NCBI GenBank assembly: GCA_964392925.1
Contig: CAYMRP010000001.1
Coordinates: forward strand, 51,945 to 115,944
Origin: an uncultured Gammaproteobacteria bacterium
GTDB lineage: Bacteria > Patescibacteriota > Microgenomatia > Daviesbacterales > UBA10151
Direction of reading: 5' to 3'
DNA: 64,000 nucleotides
The notes under the pieces were generated by a model, which ran no database searches, had not been told where the DNA came from, and saw only the letters and a list, made by a program, of their open reading frames with translations. The position numbers and the translations under genes are program-made. Positions within the stretch are counted from its first letter, which is position 1. Each line of letters begins with the position of its first letter. Below are positions 40,830 through 50,040 of the stretch, piece after piece.

Positions 40830-41878
40830 TTTTTTATCTTCAAATCACTCCATTTTATTTGAACATCATTAGGAATATCTTTTAGAGCCACTTTCCCCAG
40901 AACTTTTTTGAAATCAACAGCTTTTATCTGACCAGTTCCAGGCCTTTTAACCCAAATATTATCTTTAGTGAATTTCTCTCCTTTTTTTATTTCCTTTATC
41001 GAAACAACACAGGAATAAGCAAAATCTATAGTCGGCTGTTCTTCTTTTAGAATCTCCTTTTTACCGCCTAATGATTTATGAATAGCTGCAGACCCAATTA
41101 TTAAATCTTTTAATTCAGCGGGATCAATTGAAATAGCAATATCCGGCCCTGCCCATTTTTTACTAGAAGTAAAATGTTTCTCTATTAAAGAAGCCCCAAG
41201 TGCCACAGCTCCAAAAGAAGTATAGTTGCCGATCGAATGATCCGATAAACCAATTGGAATTCCCGGAAAAGCTTTCATAAGTTCTGCAATCCCTCCCAAT
41301 CTTACTTTTTCATAAGGGGTAGGGTAGAGCGAGGTACAATGAAAAAGCGCCAGCGGAGTATTGTGTTTTTGAATTGTTTTAACCGCAATTTTAATTGAGG
41401 GAATATCATTCATTCCAGTTGAAAGAATAATCGGTTTCCCAAAAGAAGCAATATGATCTATCAACGGATAATTATTGCACTCACCAGATCCTATTTTAAA
41501 CGCCGGCACCTTCATTCTATTTAACCTGTCAGCTGCGGCTCTGGAAAATGGTGATGATAAATATATCATTCCTAAATCTTCTACATACTTTTTTAATTTA
41601 ATTTCCGCTTCCTCCGAGAGAGCGCATCTCTGCATGATTTCATAAATTGATTCTTTAGTATGACCGGGAACTACTTTCTTAGCCTCTGCAATCATCTCAT
41701 CATCTATAACATGAGATTGAAATTTTACACACTCAGCCCCAGCCCTTTTAGCGTCATCAACCATCTTAATAGCCTTTTTAAAACTACCTTCATGATTAAT
41801 ACCGATTTCTGCAATCACAAATGGGGTAAAATCAGGTCCAATTTTTCTTTTAGAAATAGTTATAAATGGTTTTGCCAT
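40826..41878 (-). CDS. neuB: N-acetylneuraminate synthase with C-terminal SAF domain
   Basis: IAEIGINHEGS, KFQSH..DDEM, SIYEIM..CAL, PFSRAAA.RL, KIGSGECNNYPL, SDHS, EKHFT, KRPGTG. Confidence 0.95.
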   Translation of the reverse strand: MAKPFITISKRKIGPDFTPFVIAEIGINHEGSFKKAIKMVDDAKRAGAECVKFQSHVIDDEMIAEAKKVVPGHTKESIYEIMQRCALSEEAEIKLKKYVEDLGMIYLSSPFSRAAADRLNRMKVPAFKIGSGECNNYPLIDHIASFGKPIILSTGMNDIPSIKIAVKTIQKHNTPLALFHCTSLYPTPYEKVRLGGIAELMKAFPGIPIGLSDHSIGNYTSFGAVALGASLIEKHFTSSKKWAGPDIAISIDPAELKDLIIGSAAIHKSLGGKKEILKEEQPTIDFAYSCVVSIKEIKKGEKFTKDNIWVKRPGTGQIKAVDFKKVLGKVALKDIPNDVQIKWSDLKIKK

Positions 41879-41929
41879 ACAATATTGATAGTTCTAACAT
41901 GTTTAGATTTTCAGTTCAATATGAAAGTG

Positions 41930-41935
41930 TATAAT
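41930..41935 (+). promoter_or_regulatory. -10 box TATAAT 7 nt upstream of ATG 41943
   Basis: TATAAT ctcccta ATG in the 64-nt divergent gap. Confidence 0.6.
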
Positions 41936-41942
41936 CTCCCTA

Positions 41943-42890
41943 ATGAAAATTGTATTTTTCGGACTGGGATCAATAGGCCAACGACATGCCCGGCTTCTAA
42001 AAGAAAATTATCAGCATCAGCTTTTCGCTTTCCGTTCCGGAATTAACAAATCCCCAAACAATTTAGGAATAACTGAATTAAATAATTGGCAGCAAATAAA
42101 AAAAATTAACCCCGAAGTGGTTTTTATCACTAACCCGACATCTCTTCATATAAAAACTGCTTTAAGGTGCGCTCATCTTGGAGCCAAGCTTTTCATCGAT
42201 AAACCAATCGGTAGTAGTCTAACAGGACTTGATGAGTTACTAAGTGTTATAGAAAGTAAAAAACTAGTCTCATATGTTGGTTACAATCTCCGTTTTCATC
42301 CGGTAATCATCAATCTGAAAAAATATTTTAAAACCAATAAATTTTTGCATATGCGAATTACTGCGGCTTCATATCTCCCTAATTGGAGACAGGGAACTGA
42401 TCACAAAAAAAGTTATCGTTCAAACAAACAAATGGGTGGGGGGATTATTCTCGATCTGTCACACGAAATTGACTATGCTGATTTCTTGTTGGAAGGCATT
42501 ACAACGATTAGAGGTCAATTTTCAAAAAGAAGTAATTTAACAATTAATGCCGAAGACTATGCTGATATTTTGATAAATTCAAAATTGGGTCCAGCAAACT
42601 TACACATCAATTTTTTAAGTCACCAAAATCAAAGAACAATCGAAATCGATTTTGAAAAAATGACTATCTCAGCCGATCTGATTAATTCAACAATCAAAAA
42701 ATTTAAAAAGGAGAAATTGATTAGTGAGCAAAGTTTTAATGTTGAAAGAGATTCAATTTTTAAGAAACAGCTTGAATATTTCTTTAAAAATATTGATAAT
42801 CCCAAAATGACTAACAATCTCACCGACGCAGCCAGACTTTATAAAAAAATAATCTCATTTAAGAATAGTGAAATTAACAAAAATGGATAA
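41943..42890 (+). CDS. Gfo/Idh/MocA oxidoreductase (PtmF/ElaA-like)
   Basis: GLGSIGQRH, NPTSLH, DKP, GYNLRFHP, YLPNWR, GGGIILDLSHEID. Confidence 0.85.
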   Translation: MKIVFFGLGSIGQRHARLLKENYQHQLFAFRSGINKSPNNLGITELNNWQQIKKINPEVVFITNPTSLHIKTALRCAHLGAKLFIDKPIGSSLTGLDELLSVIESKKLVSYVGYNLRFHPVIINLKKYFKTNKFLHMRITAASYLPNWRQGTDHKKSYRSNKQMGGGIILDLSHEIDYADFLLEGITTIRGQFSKRSNLTINAEDYADILINSKLGPANLHINFLSHQNQRTIEIDFEKMTISADLINSTIKKFKKEKLISEQSFNVERDSIFKKQLEYFFKNIDNPKMTNNLTDAARLYKKIISFKNSEINKNG

Positions 42891-44391
42891 TATTTTAATA
42901 ACAATTTGCGCCCGGGGTGGCTCAAAAGGTGTAAAAGGTAAAAACATCCGCAATCTAAACGGTAAGCCGCTTATCTACTACACAATTAAACAAGCTTTGG
43001 AATGGGGAAAAGCATCGAAAATCGTAGTCACTACCGATTCAAAAATTATTGCTGAAATAGCAAAATCTTTTGGAGCCGAAGTTCCTTTTCTCCGCCCTAA
43101 GAATCTATCAACCGACACCGCCCCGACACTTCCGGTTCTAACCCATGCCTTACTTGAATCAGAAAGAATATATAAACAAAAATTTGATTTACTTATAGAC
43201 CTGCCCGTAACAGCTCCTGTTAGATCAATTAAAGATATTGAAAATTCCTATAAACTTTTTAAGAAGAAAAATCCCAAAAACCTCGTCACTGTTACACCGT
43301 CTCACAGAAATCCTTACTTTAACATGTTGGAAATAAACAAAAAGGCTAGAGTTGAATATTCCAAACAAGGATCTTTTACCCGCCGCCAGGATGCGCCGCA
43401 AGTTTACGATATGAATAATTCAATCTATATTTATCAAAGTGATTATCTCCGGACTGATGGGATTAAGGATAAAATTTCTGACGACACAATTGCTTATGTG
43501 ATGGATCCAATATCTGCAATTGATATCGATACCGAAACAGACTTTAGAATTCTGGAAGCCTTAGTAAAAGATTCTGTAGTTAAAATTGATAATCAGAATC
43601 CTAAAAATGACTCGACTAAATTCTCTCTTTACGGCAAAGTCGCATTTGTAAATGGTGGAGCCGGATTAATCGGTGAGCAAATCGTTAAACAGTTTACTGA
43701 AGCTGGAGCTAAAGTAATTTTGCTGGATATAAATAAAAAGAAATCCGTTCAAATCGCAGAACAATTAAATGAAAAAGGCGGCGATGTAAATTTTGAAATC
43801 TTTGATATTACTAAACTTGATTCAATAGACAAAACAATCGATGCTTTATATAAAAAATATGGCCGGATAGATATTTGGGTTAATACTTCTTTTCCTAGGA
43901 CAAGTGATTGGGGCAAGAAAATTGAAGATTTTCCACTCGAGTCTTTCCAAAAGAATGTTTCAATGCATCTAAATAGTTATAGCTGGATCAGCCGTAAAGT
44001 TTGTTTAGTTATGAAAAAACAAAAAGGCGGCAGCTTAATTAATTTTGGTTCAATCTACGGAGCTGTTGGCGCAAACTTTAATATTTATGAAAACACAAAA
44101 ATGACGAGCGCCTTTGCTTATTCTGCAATAAAAGGCGGCATAATTAACCTCAGCCGTTATTTGGCCTCATACTTTGGACAATATAATGTTAGAGTCAACA
44201 CAATCTGTCCAGGCGGAATTTTTGATAACCAGGATGAAACATTTGTTAGTAACTATTCTAAACAAACACCATTAAAAAGAATGGGCCAGCCGGAAGAAAT
44301 CGCTCCCGTCGTTTTGTTTCTGGCATCAGAAGCCGGATCGTATGTTACCGGCGCAACCATAATGGTCGATGGGGGATGGACAGCTATATGA
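42883..44391 (+). CDS. neuA: CMP-nonulosonate synthetase (NeuA/PtmB-like) fused to a C-terminal SDR (PtmA/ElaC-like)
   Basis: ARGGSKG..GKN, T.PVR, RRQD.P, IDIDT..D, then GGAGLIG, SIYG, YSAIKGG, VNTICPGG, VDGGW in one frame; ATG 42883 (track GTG 42868). Confidence 0.88.
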   Translation: MDNILITICARGGSKGVKGKNIRNLNGKPLIYYTIKQALEWGKASKIVVTTDSKIIAEIAKSFGAEVPFLRPKNLSTDTAPTLPVLTHALLESERIYKQKFDLLIDLPVTAPVRSIKDIENSYKLFKKKNPKNLVTVTPSHRNPYFNMLEINKKARVEYSKQGSFTRRQDAPQVYDMNNSIYIYQSDYLRTDGIKDKISDDTIAYVMDPISAIDIDTETDFRILEALVKDSVVKIDNQNPKNDSTKFSLYGKVAFVNGGAGLIGEQIVKQFTEAGAKVILLDINKKKSVQIAEQLNEKGGDVNFEIFDITKLDSIDKTIDALYKKYGRIDIWVNTSFPRTSDWGKKIEDFPLESFQKNVSMHLNSYSWISRKVCLVMKKQKGGSLINFGSIYGAVGANFNIYENTKMTSAFAYSAIKGGIINLSRYLASYFGQYNVRVNTICPGGIFDNQDETFVSNYSKQTPLKRMGQPEEIAPVVLFLASEAGSYVTGATIMVDGGWTAI

Positions 44392-45386
44392 GAGATTATA
44401 AAAAAGCATTTCAAAACAAAAGAATATTAGTAACCGGAGGAACCGGCTCAATTGGTACTGAAATCGTCCGTCAACTTTTAAAATACAGTCCAAAACAAAT
44501 TAGAGTTTTCTCCAGAGATGAGCACAAACAACATCTCATGCAAAACGAGCTTGGCAACCCTAAAAACAACAAGATTCTTCGTTTTCTAATAGGAGACATT
44601 CGGGATAAAGAGCGTTTGAATCGGGCCTTCAATGACATAGATATCGTTTTTCACGCCGCCGCTTTAAAACATGTCCCTTTTTGTGAAGCAAATCCTTTTG
44701 AAGCTATGAAAACCAACGTTTTGGGAACCCAAAATGTTATTGAACTAGCAATTGATCACCGAATCGAAAAAATGGTTTCTATCTCAACTGACAAAGCCGT
44801 CAATCCCAGTACTTTTATGGGAATTACCAAATTAATGTCAGAAAGAATGGTCATAGCCGCACCTAACTATTCAGGCCATCCGGAAATAAAATTTGCTGTA
44901 GTCCGTTTCGGTAACGTTATAAATTCCCGTGGTTCTGTAATTCCTTTATGGATCGATCAAATTAAAAAAGGCGGCCCTGTTCTTGTCACCGATAAAACCA
45001 TGGAACGGTTCTTTATGACCATCCCCGATGCTGTAAATCTGGTGTTTTCTGCTGCATCTCAAATGTTAGGCAGCGAGATCTTCGTCCTAAAAATGCAAAA
45101 GTATAAAATCTATGATATCGCCCAGGAATTAATTAAAAAATACGCAGCTGGTGGAAAAGTGAAAATAAAAATAGTAGGAGCCCGAGACCGTGAGAAAAGT
45201 GATGAGTATCTCTTCACTGAAGACGAAGCCAAACTAATGCTGGAATCCGGTCCCTTCCACATCATCCTTCCCAATAAGGACCTCTATCAAAAAAGACAAA
45301 ATAAATATAATTCCAAAATAAAATCCCCCAATCAAACCAGCATCTTCAGCGCCCTAGAGCAGCTTGACCTGACAAACCCACTCTAG
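44388..45386 (+). CDS. UDP-GlcNAc 4,6-dehydratase family protein (CapE/WbjB/PseB-like)
   Basis: VTGGTGSIG, HAAALKHVP, STDKAVNP..MGITK, VRFGNV..SRGSV; ATGA overlap at 44388. Confidence 0.88.
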   Translation: MRDYKKAFQNKRILVTGGTGSIGTEIVRQLLKYSPKQIRVFSRDEHKQHLMQNELGNPKNNKILRFLIGDIRDKERLNRAFNDIDIVFHAAALKHVPFCEANPFEAMKTNVLGTQNVIELAIDHRIEKMVSISTDKAVNPSTFMGITKLMSERMVIAAPNYSGHPEIKFAVVRFGNVINSRGSVIPLWIDQIKKGGPVLVTDKTMERFFMTIPDAVNLVFSAASQMLGSEIFVLKMQKYKIYDIAQELIKKYAAGGKVKIKIVGARDREKSDEYLFTEDEAKLMLESGPFHIILPNKDLYQKRQNKYNSKIKSPNQTSIFSALEQLDLTNPL

Positions 45387-45411
45387 ACAAACAAAAAAAT
45401 CCTGTTAGAAT
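45384..45411 (+). promoter_or_regulatory. Promoter TAGACA-16-TAGAAT with extended TG, ending 8 nt before ATG 45420
   Basis: TAGACA 45384-45389, TGt 45403-45405, TAGAAT 45406-45411. Confidence 0.55.
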
Positions 45412-45419
45412 CCCATTTA

Positions 45420-46672
45420 ATGAGTTACAACGACCGAAGAGAAGCTTTTGTAAGTAAGAGAGTAGCAAGTGACCCTACTTTTGAAAAAGTAACACAACTT
45501 TCAATCCCGCAGAATATTTCATTTGATAAATTAGGAGCTTGGGAGGGAATGCTTGCCAGAGAACCTTTTACGACACCTACAATATTGGCATCTAGCCGTG
45601 ACACTGGAGAAACAAAAGTAGTTAGCAAAGCTATGGATGAATTCCATAGACGGGGATGGAAGACTGAGTTTATGGCAGTTGGAGACGGCTTGCCTTTATT
45701 AGAAGAAAGTGGGTACTCGAATAAACGGGGCGGAGAACCAAGGGTGCAGTAGTCACAGGATTTTCAGAACAAGATAATCTTGCAGCAGCAATGCATCTTA
45801 CAAGCCATAAAATTGGGGTAGAACATTATAGGATTGAAGACTTTGATGGAGCTCTAGGGGGTAATATGCAGGACTACTATGGTGCAGACTTTGGTCTGTT
45901 TGTACCCACAAAAGTCTTTGTGGCAAATGAATGGGCTGCGCAGCAGAACAGAAAATACTTTCATGAAAGCACAGTTGTAGTTTCTGGTCCGACTGGCATA
46001 CCAGCCCTTGACCTCGAACAGCAGTCAGCTACAAGAAACAATCTAAGAAGAAAGCTCAATATTCCTTTAGACGCTACAACTGGAGCTTGGTTTGGGCAGG
46101 TAGGCGAAGCTACTGTAAAAGCGCTTGAAATATATGTTAATGCATTAAATGAATCAGGCGCTACTCAGGATTTATTAGTAAGGTTTCACCCCAAATTCAT
46201 AAGAGCAGGTGATGTCCCCGCAGCCCTCCCCATTCTCGATAGATTTAATGGTAGGGTTCATCACGTTTCAGGGATAGATGTACCCGGAGTTAGAAATGAA
46301 AAAGTAGGCAATGTAAATGATGTTATCGACGCTATGAGTTTTGGAGGAAATGAACGCTCAACTACAGCAAATGAGTCCGCAGCACGTAGAAGACTCATGT
46401 TTAGTCTGGATATTGATGGTTTTGATACTCTGTATGGTCAGGATAAAAGTTTTGCTGTTGGGGCAATAGACAGAGGAGCCAGTCCTGTGATTAGAAGGCC
46501 GTATCAAGCAGCTGGCGTTATTAGAGAAGCCCTTTATGACAGAGCAGCCAGAGAAAAGTACTTTGGCCAAATGCAAGAATTTGAATCTGACGGGCTTGGG
46601 GCTTTTAATATTGTAAATGTCGTAGAAAAAGATATCTTCTTAGAAAGACATAAAATGCAGCCATTAAAGTAA
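45420..46672 (+). pseudogene. Frameshifted GT-B-like gene (ORFs 45420-45752 and 45791-46672), candidate nonulosonate transferase
   Basis: The second frame is open from 45725 (KGAVVTGFS...), overlapping the end of ORF1; one added base gives about 417 aa with RIEDFDG, TGIPALD, VRFHPK and STTANESA. Confidence 0.6.
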
Positions 46673-46701
46673 TTTAGATATTCTGTTATATTTGTTATTG
46701 A

Positions 46702-47076
46702 ATGTCAGATTCATTAATTAACCCAAACCCTTCTGCAATTTTCTACGAAAACCAAAACCTCTATGCTTGCCTCGCAGATTATCCGTTAAGCAAAGGCCAC
46801 TCTCTTGTCGTTTGGAAAAAACCAATCCCTGATCTCCATCTCCTAAACCCCAAAGAATATGAATCCCTCATGGAAATAGTTGATAAAGTTCGAAACGCCC
46901 TAATGAAAACTCTGAAAGTCGAAAAAGTTTACTTGATGTACATGGACGAAATAAAACATGTCCATTGGCACCTAATCCCGCGTTACAACAAACTTGGATT
47001 TAACATTCTTAAACATTCACCAAAAAAACTAGAGAATTATGATTTAGCAAAAAAGCTCAAACTTTCAATTACCTGA
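46702..47076 (+). CDS. HIT-family nucleotide hydrolase
   Basis: D.P..KGH.LV and HVHWHLIPR histidine triad. Confidence 0.88.
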   Translation: MSDSLINPNPSAIFYENQNLYACLADYPLSKGHSLVVWKKPIPDLHLLNPKEYESLMEIVDKVRNALMKTLKVEKVYLMYMDEIKHVHWHLIPRYNKLGFNILKHSPKKLENYDLAKKLKLSIT

Positions 47077-47108
47077 TAACTAAATTATACTTTCTTCCAG
47101 GCTAAATT

Positions 47109-48593
47109 ATGGTCAAAGAAAAAAACCTTGGAGAAAAAATTCTTAAAGGCAGTGTTATAGTCCTGATTCTCACTTTCTTAGGTTCGATTTTTGCTTACCT
47201 TATTAGGATAATCTTCTCCCGTTCTCTCTCCATCGAGAGTTACGGTTTATTCTACGCGGTCTTAGGACTTTTTAACGTCTTAACTACGTATATTGATTTA
47301 GGATATGGGTATTCAGTAGTTTATTTACTACCTAAATACATCAGGGCAAAAAAGTATAAAGAAGCCTGGAATGTTTTTATTCACGGCCAAACAGTTTCAT
47401 TAACAATTACAATTCTAGTTTCAATATTACTAATAATCTTCGCTCCATTTCTATCAAATAATTATTTTAAAGTCCCAGGCTCTGAAGCTCTCATCTATAT
47501 TTTTTGTTTATACCTAATTTCATACGTTATCTTAAATGGTCTAATCCAAATATTTGCCAGTCTCCAGCAGGCTTCTTATTTCGCTTCAATCACCGTTGTG
47601 AAGTGGTTCCTAACGCTTATTATTTCGTTAATATTCATTGGAGCCGGAATCCAAAATGTCTTGGTATTTGCCGCTGCGTTGGCAATAGCCCATCTTCTAA
47701 CTGCTGTCAGTTACACCTATTTGCTAATCATTAAGCATCCATTGTTAATCAAAAATAAGATCACTATTGAAAAAAATACCTACAAAAAAATGACAGCCTT
47801 CGCTTTACCAGCAATACTTGAGACAGTTGTCTATTCGGCTGTAATTGCCACTGATACTTTCTTATTAACCCTTTTTAGGGGAGTCAGGGATGTTGGTATC
47901 TACAATATAATTTATCCGCTTGCCTCGATTCCTGTGGTTTTATTCAACCCAATTAACGGCTTAATATTACCCCTGGTATCTCACCTCATGGAAGGGGATA
48001 AAACCCGGTTAACTTATTTAATGGAAAAAATTCTTGAGGTCATTCCTTTTATCAGCTTCTACTTCGTGCTCTTTATCGTTATCTTCCCTTCGGCAATAGT
48101 CAAATTAATTTTTGGTGATCAATGGAACGGGATGGTTGGATTACCGCTCAGTATATTATCAATGGGCGCGATTCCTATATTAATGTCTGCTATTTTGGGA
48201 GCAATATTACTCGGAACAGGCAGAGTTAAAGAAAAGCTGAAAGCTGCCTCAGTAATCGCCCTTCTCGGAGTTTCGATGAACACATTCTTAATCTGGACAT
48301 ACGGCGTTTTAGGAGCTGTTATAACTTCCACATTTGTCGCCACAACTCTCTCAATACTGTTTGTTATCCTTATCAAACAAACAATCAACTTTAAGATTCC
48401 TTTTTTGTTTTACACAAAACTTCTGATCTTTGGGGTAGTATTATTCGCAGCTGCCAGATTGCTTTCTCTCAATCCGCTTTCATGGACTTTAATAATATTC
48501 TACGGGTTATGCTACTCAGGTCTATATTTTGGCTTAGGCTGGTTATTAAAAGTTTATGATAAAGACTTAATAAAAATGTTGATTAAAAGATAA
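47109..48593 (+). CDS. wzx: Wzx-type oligosaccharide flippase (MOP superfamily)
   Basis: About 14 TM helices, R.L..E.YG, DLG, D..LL.....VGIY, YGVLGA. Confidence 0.88.
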   Translation: MVKEKNLGEKILKGSVIVLILTFLGSIFAYLIRIIFSRSLSIESYGLFYAVLGLFNVLTTYIDLGYGYSVVYLLPKYIRAKKYKEAWNVFIHGQTVSLTITILVSILLIIFAPFLSNNYFKVPGSEALIYIFCLYLISYVILNGLIQIFASLQQASYFASITVVKWFLTLIISLIFIGAGIQNVLVFAAALAIAHLLTAVSYTYLLIIKHPLLIKNKITIEKNTYKKMTAFALPAILETVVYSAVIATDTFLLTLFRGVRDVGIYNIIYPLASIPVVLFNPINGLILPLVSHLMEGDKTRLTYLMEKILEVIPFISFYFVLFIVIFPSAIVKLIFGDQWNGMVGLPLSILSMGAIPILMSAILGAILLGTGRVKEKLKAASVIALLGVSMNTFLIWTYGVLGAVITSTFVATTLSILFVILIKQTINFKIPFLFYTKLLIFGVVLFAAARLLSLNPLSWTLIIFYGLCYSGLYFGLGWLLKVYDKDLIKMLIKR

Positions 48594-49202
48594 CTAATCC
48601 TTAGCCGGAGTAATTCTAATGATATCATCCTTAACTTCTAAGTTGTACTTAAGTCCTTTGATCATTTTCCTAATCTGGTTAACTTTTGGATAATCTTCCC
48701 GGCCATTAAAAAGTCTGGCATCATCAATTAAAATTACATGTCCTGACAATTTATGCGACAGAATGGCTTTTAATTCATCAATAACCGGTGTATTAACCTT
48801 AGTTTTAGCAGTTTTCCCACCAGAAAAATGTCCATCCAACCAAAATAAAGCTGGCGCTTTTAATTCTTTCAGTAATTTCTTAATTTCTTTTCCGCTGTCT
48901 CCTAAAACTATACTAATATGTTTATCACTCTTAAATTTATTTACGGCATTCTTATAATAGAATTCGCTAAGCTCAATACTGGTTAGCTTGTCAAAAGTTT
49001 TCTTTAGCGCCTCTATCATGTCTCCTTTGTATGTTCCAGTCTCGACTAAACTTTTTAAACTAAAATCCTTAGCATATTTTTTTAATACAAACTGCTTATA
49101 AATATGTGGTGGCGGAATTTTGCTGCCCGAAATTTTCCAATATATTAAAACTGCCGGTGATCTTTTTGCTTTGTTGACGAAATTACTGATTAAATTATTC
49201 AT
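48594..49202 (-). CDS. Putative SAM-dependent methyltransferase
   Basis: VETGTYKG, SIELS, GDS, FWLDGH, ILIDDAR. Confidence 0.7.
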   Translation of the reverse strand: MNNLISNFVNKAKRSPAVLIYWKISGSKIPPPHIYKQFVLKKYAKDFSLKSLVETGTYKGDMIEALKKTFDKLTSIELSEFYYKNAVNKFKSDKHISIVLGDSGKEIKKLLKELKAPALFWLDGHFSGGKTAKTKVNTPVIDELKAILSHKLSGHVILIDDARLFNGREDYPKVNQIRKMIKGLKYNLEVKDDIIRITPAKD

Positions 49203-49245
49203 TGTTGTTAAATATATGGTGTATAAGTAAAATACCTGATTACTG

Positions 49246-50040
49246 ATGAAAATTCAAAGGTTCATTTTAATTAATCTAAATTCTCTCTTCCCATTTCTCT
49301 ATCCAATCCTAAAATTGCTAAAAGGCGGCATTTACTTTAAAGGCATTGCCGCATTTATAAATGACTATCAAGAATACTCAAAATTGAATAAAAAATCCCC
49401 CAGTCCTTTTCAACTAGATATTCTCAATAATCATCCCATATATTTCGACCGCTATGATGAAGCAGGTCATATTCTCCAGCACTATTTTCATCAGGATATT
49501 TGGGCCGCCAAAAAAGTTTTTAAATCTGGCGTTAAAAATCACTATGATGTTGGTAGCCGTTTAGACGGTTTTATCTCTCATTGCTTAACATTTTGCAAAA
49601 TTACTATGCTGGACATAAGAGGCCTAGATAAAACTATACCTAATCTGGATTTCATCCAAACTGACTGTACTAATATGAAAAATATTAAAACAGGCAGTAT
49701 TAAATCTATCTCATCTCTTCACGCAATAGAGCATTTTGGGTTAGGCCGATATGGAGATCCAATTGATCCATGGGGCTATAAAAAAGCAATTGATGAATTG
49801 AAAAGAGTCACCAAAAAAGGCGGAGATATTTATTTTTCTGTTCCAATCGGAAAACAAAGACTTGAGTTTAATAACCAGCGGGTCTTCAGTCCGAAGTATG
49901 TGTTAGAACTTTTTTCAGGAATGAAATTGAAAGAGTTTAGCTTAGTTAACGATAGAAACGATTTCGTCGAAAATGTAAAACCGGAAAAGCATCTTAATGT
50001 TAAATATTCCTGTGGCCTGTTTCACTTTCAAAAAATCTGA
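49246..50040 (+). CDS. DUF268-family methyltransferase-like protein
   Basis: HYFHQD.WAA, H.DVGSR.DGF, SLHAIEHFGLGRYGDP.DP. Confidence 0.8.
   Translation: MKIQRFILINLNSLFPFLYPILKLLKGGIYFKGIAAFINDYQEYSKLNKKSPSPFQLDILNNHPIYFDRYDEAGHILQHYFHQDIWAAKKVFKSGVKNHYDVGSRLDGFISHCLTFCKITMLDIRGLDKTIPNLDFIQTDCTNMKNIKTGSIKSISSLHAIEHFGLGRYGDPIDPWGYKKAIDELKRVTKKGGDIYFSVPIGKQRLEFNNQRVFSPKYVLELFSGMKLKEFSLVNDRNDFVENVKPEKHLNVKYSCGLFHFQKI

Noticed and set aside
38817-45386. Complete legionaminic or pseudaminic acid pathway
   Set aside because: A 4,6-dehydratase is present, but no aminotransferase or acetyltransferase is in the window and NeuB has Neu5Ac-type motifs; genes elsewhere cannot be excluded
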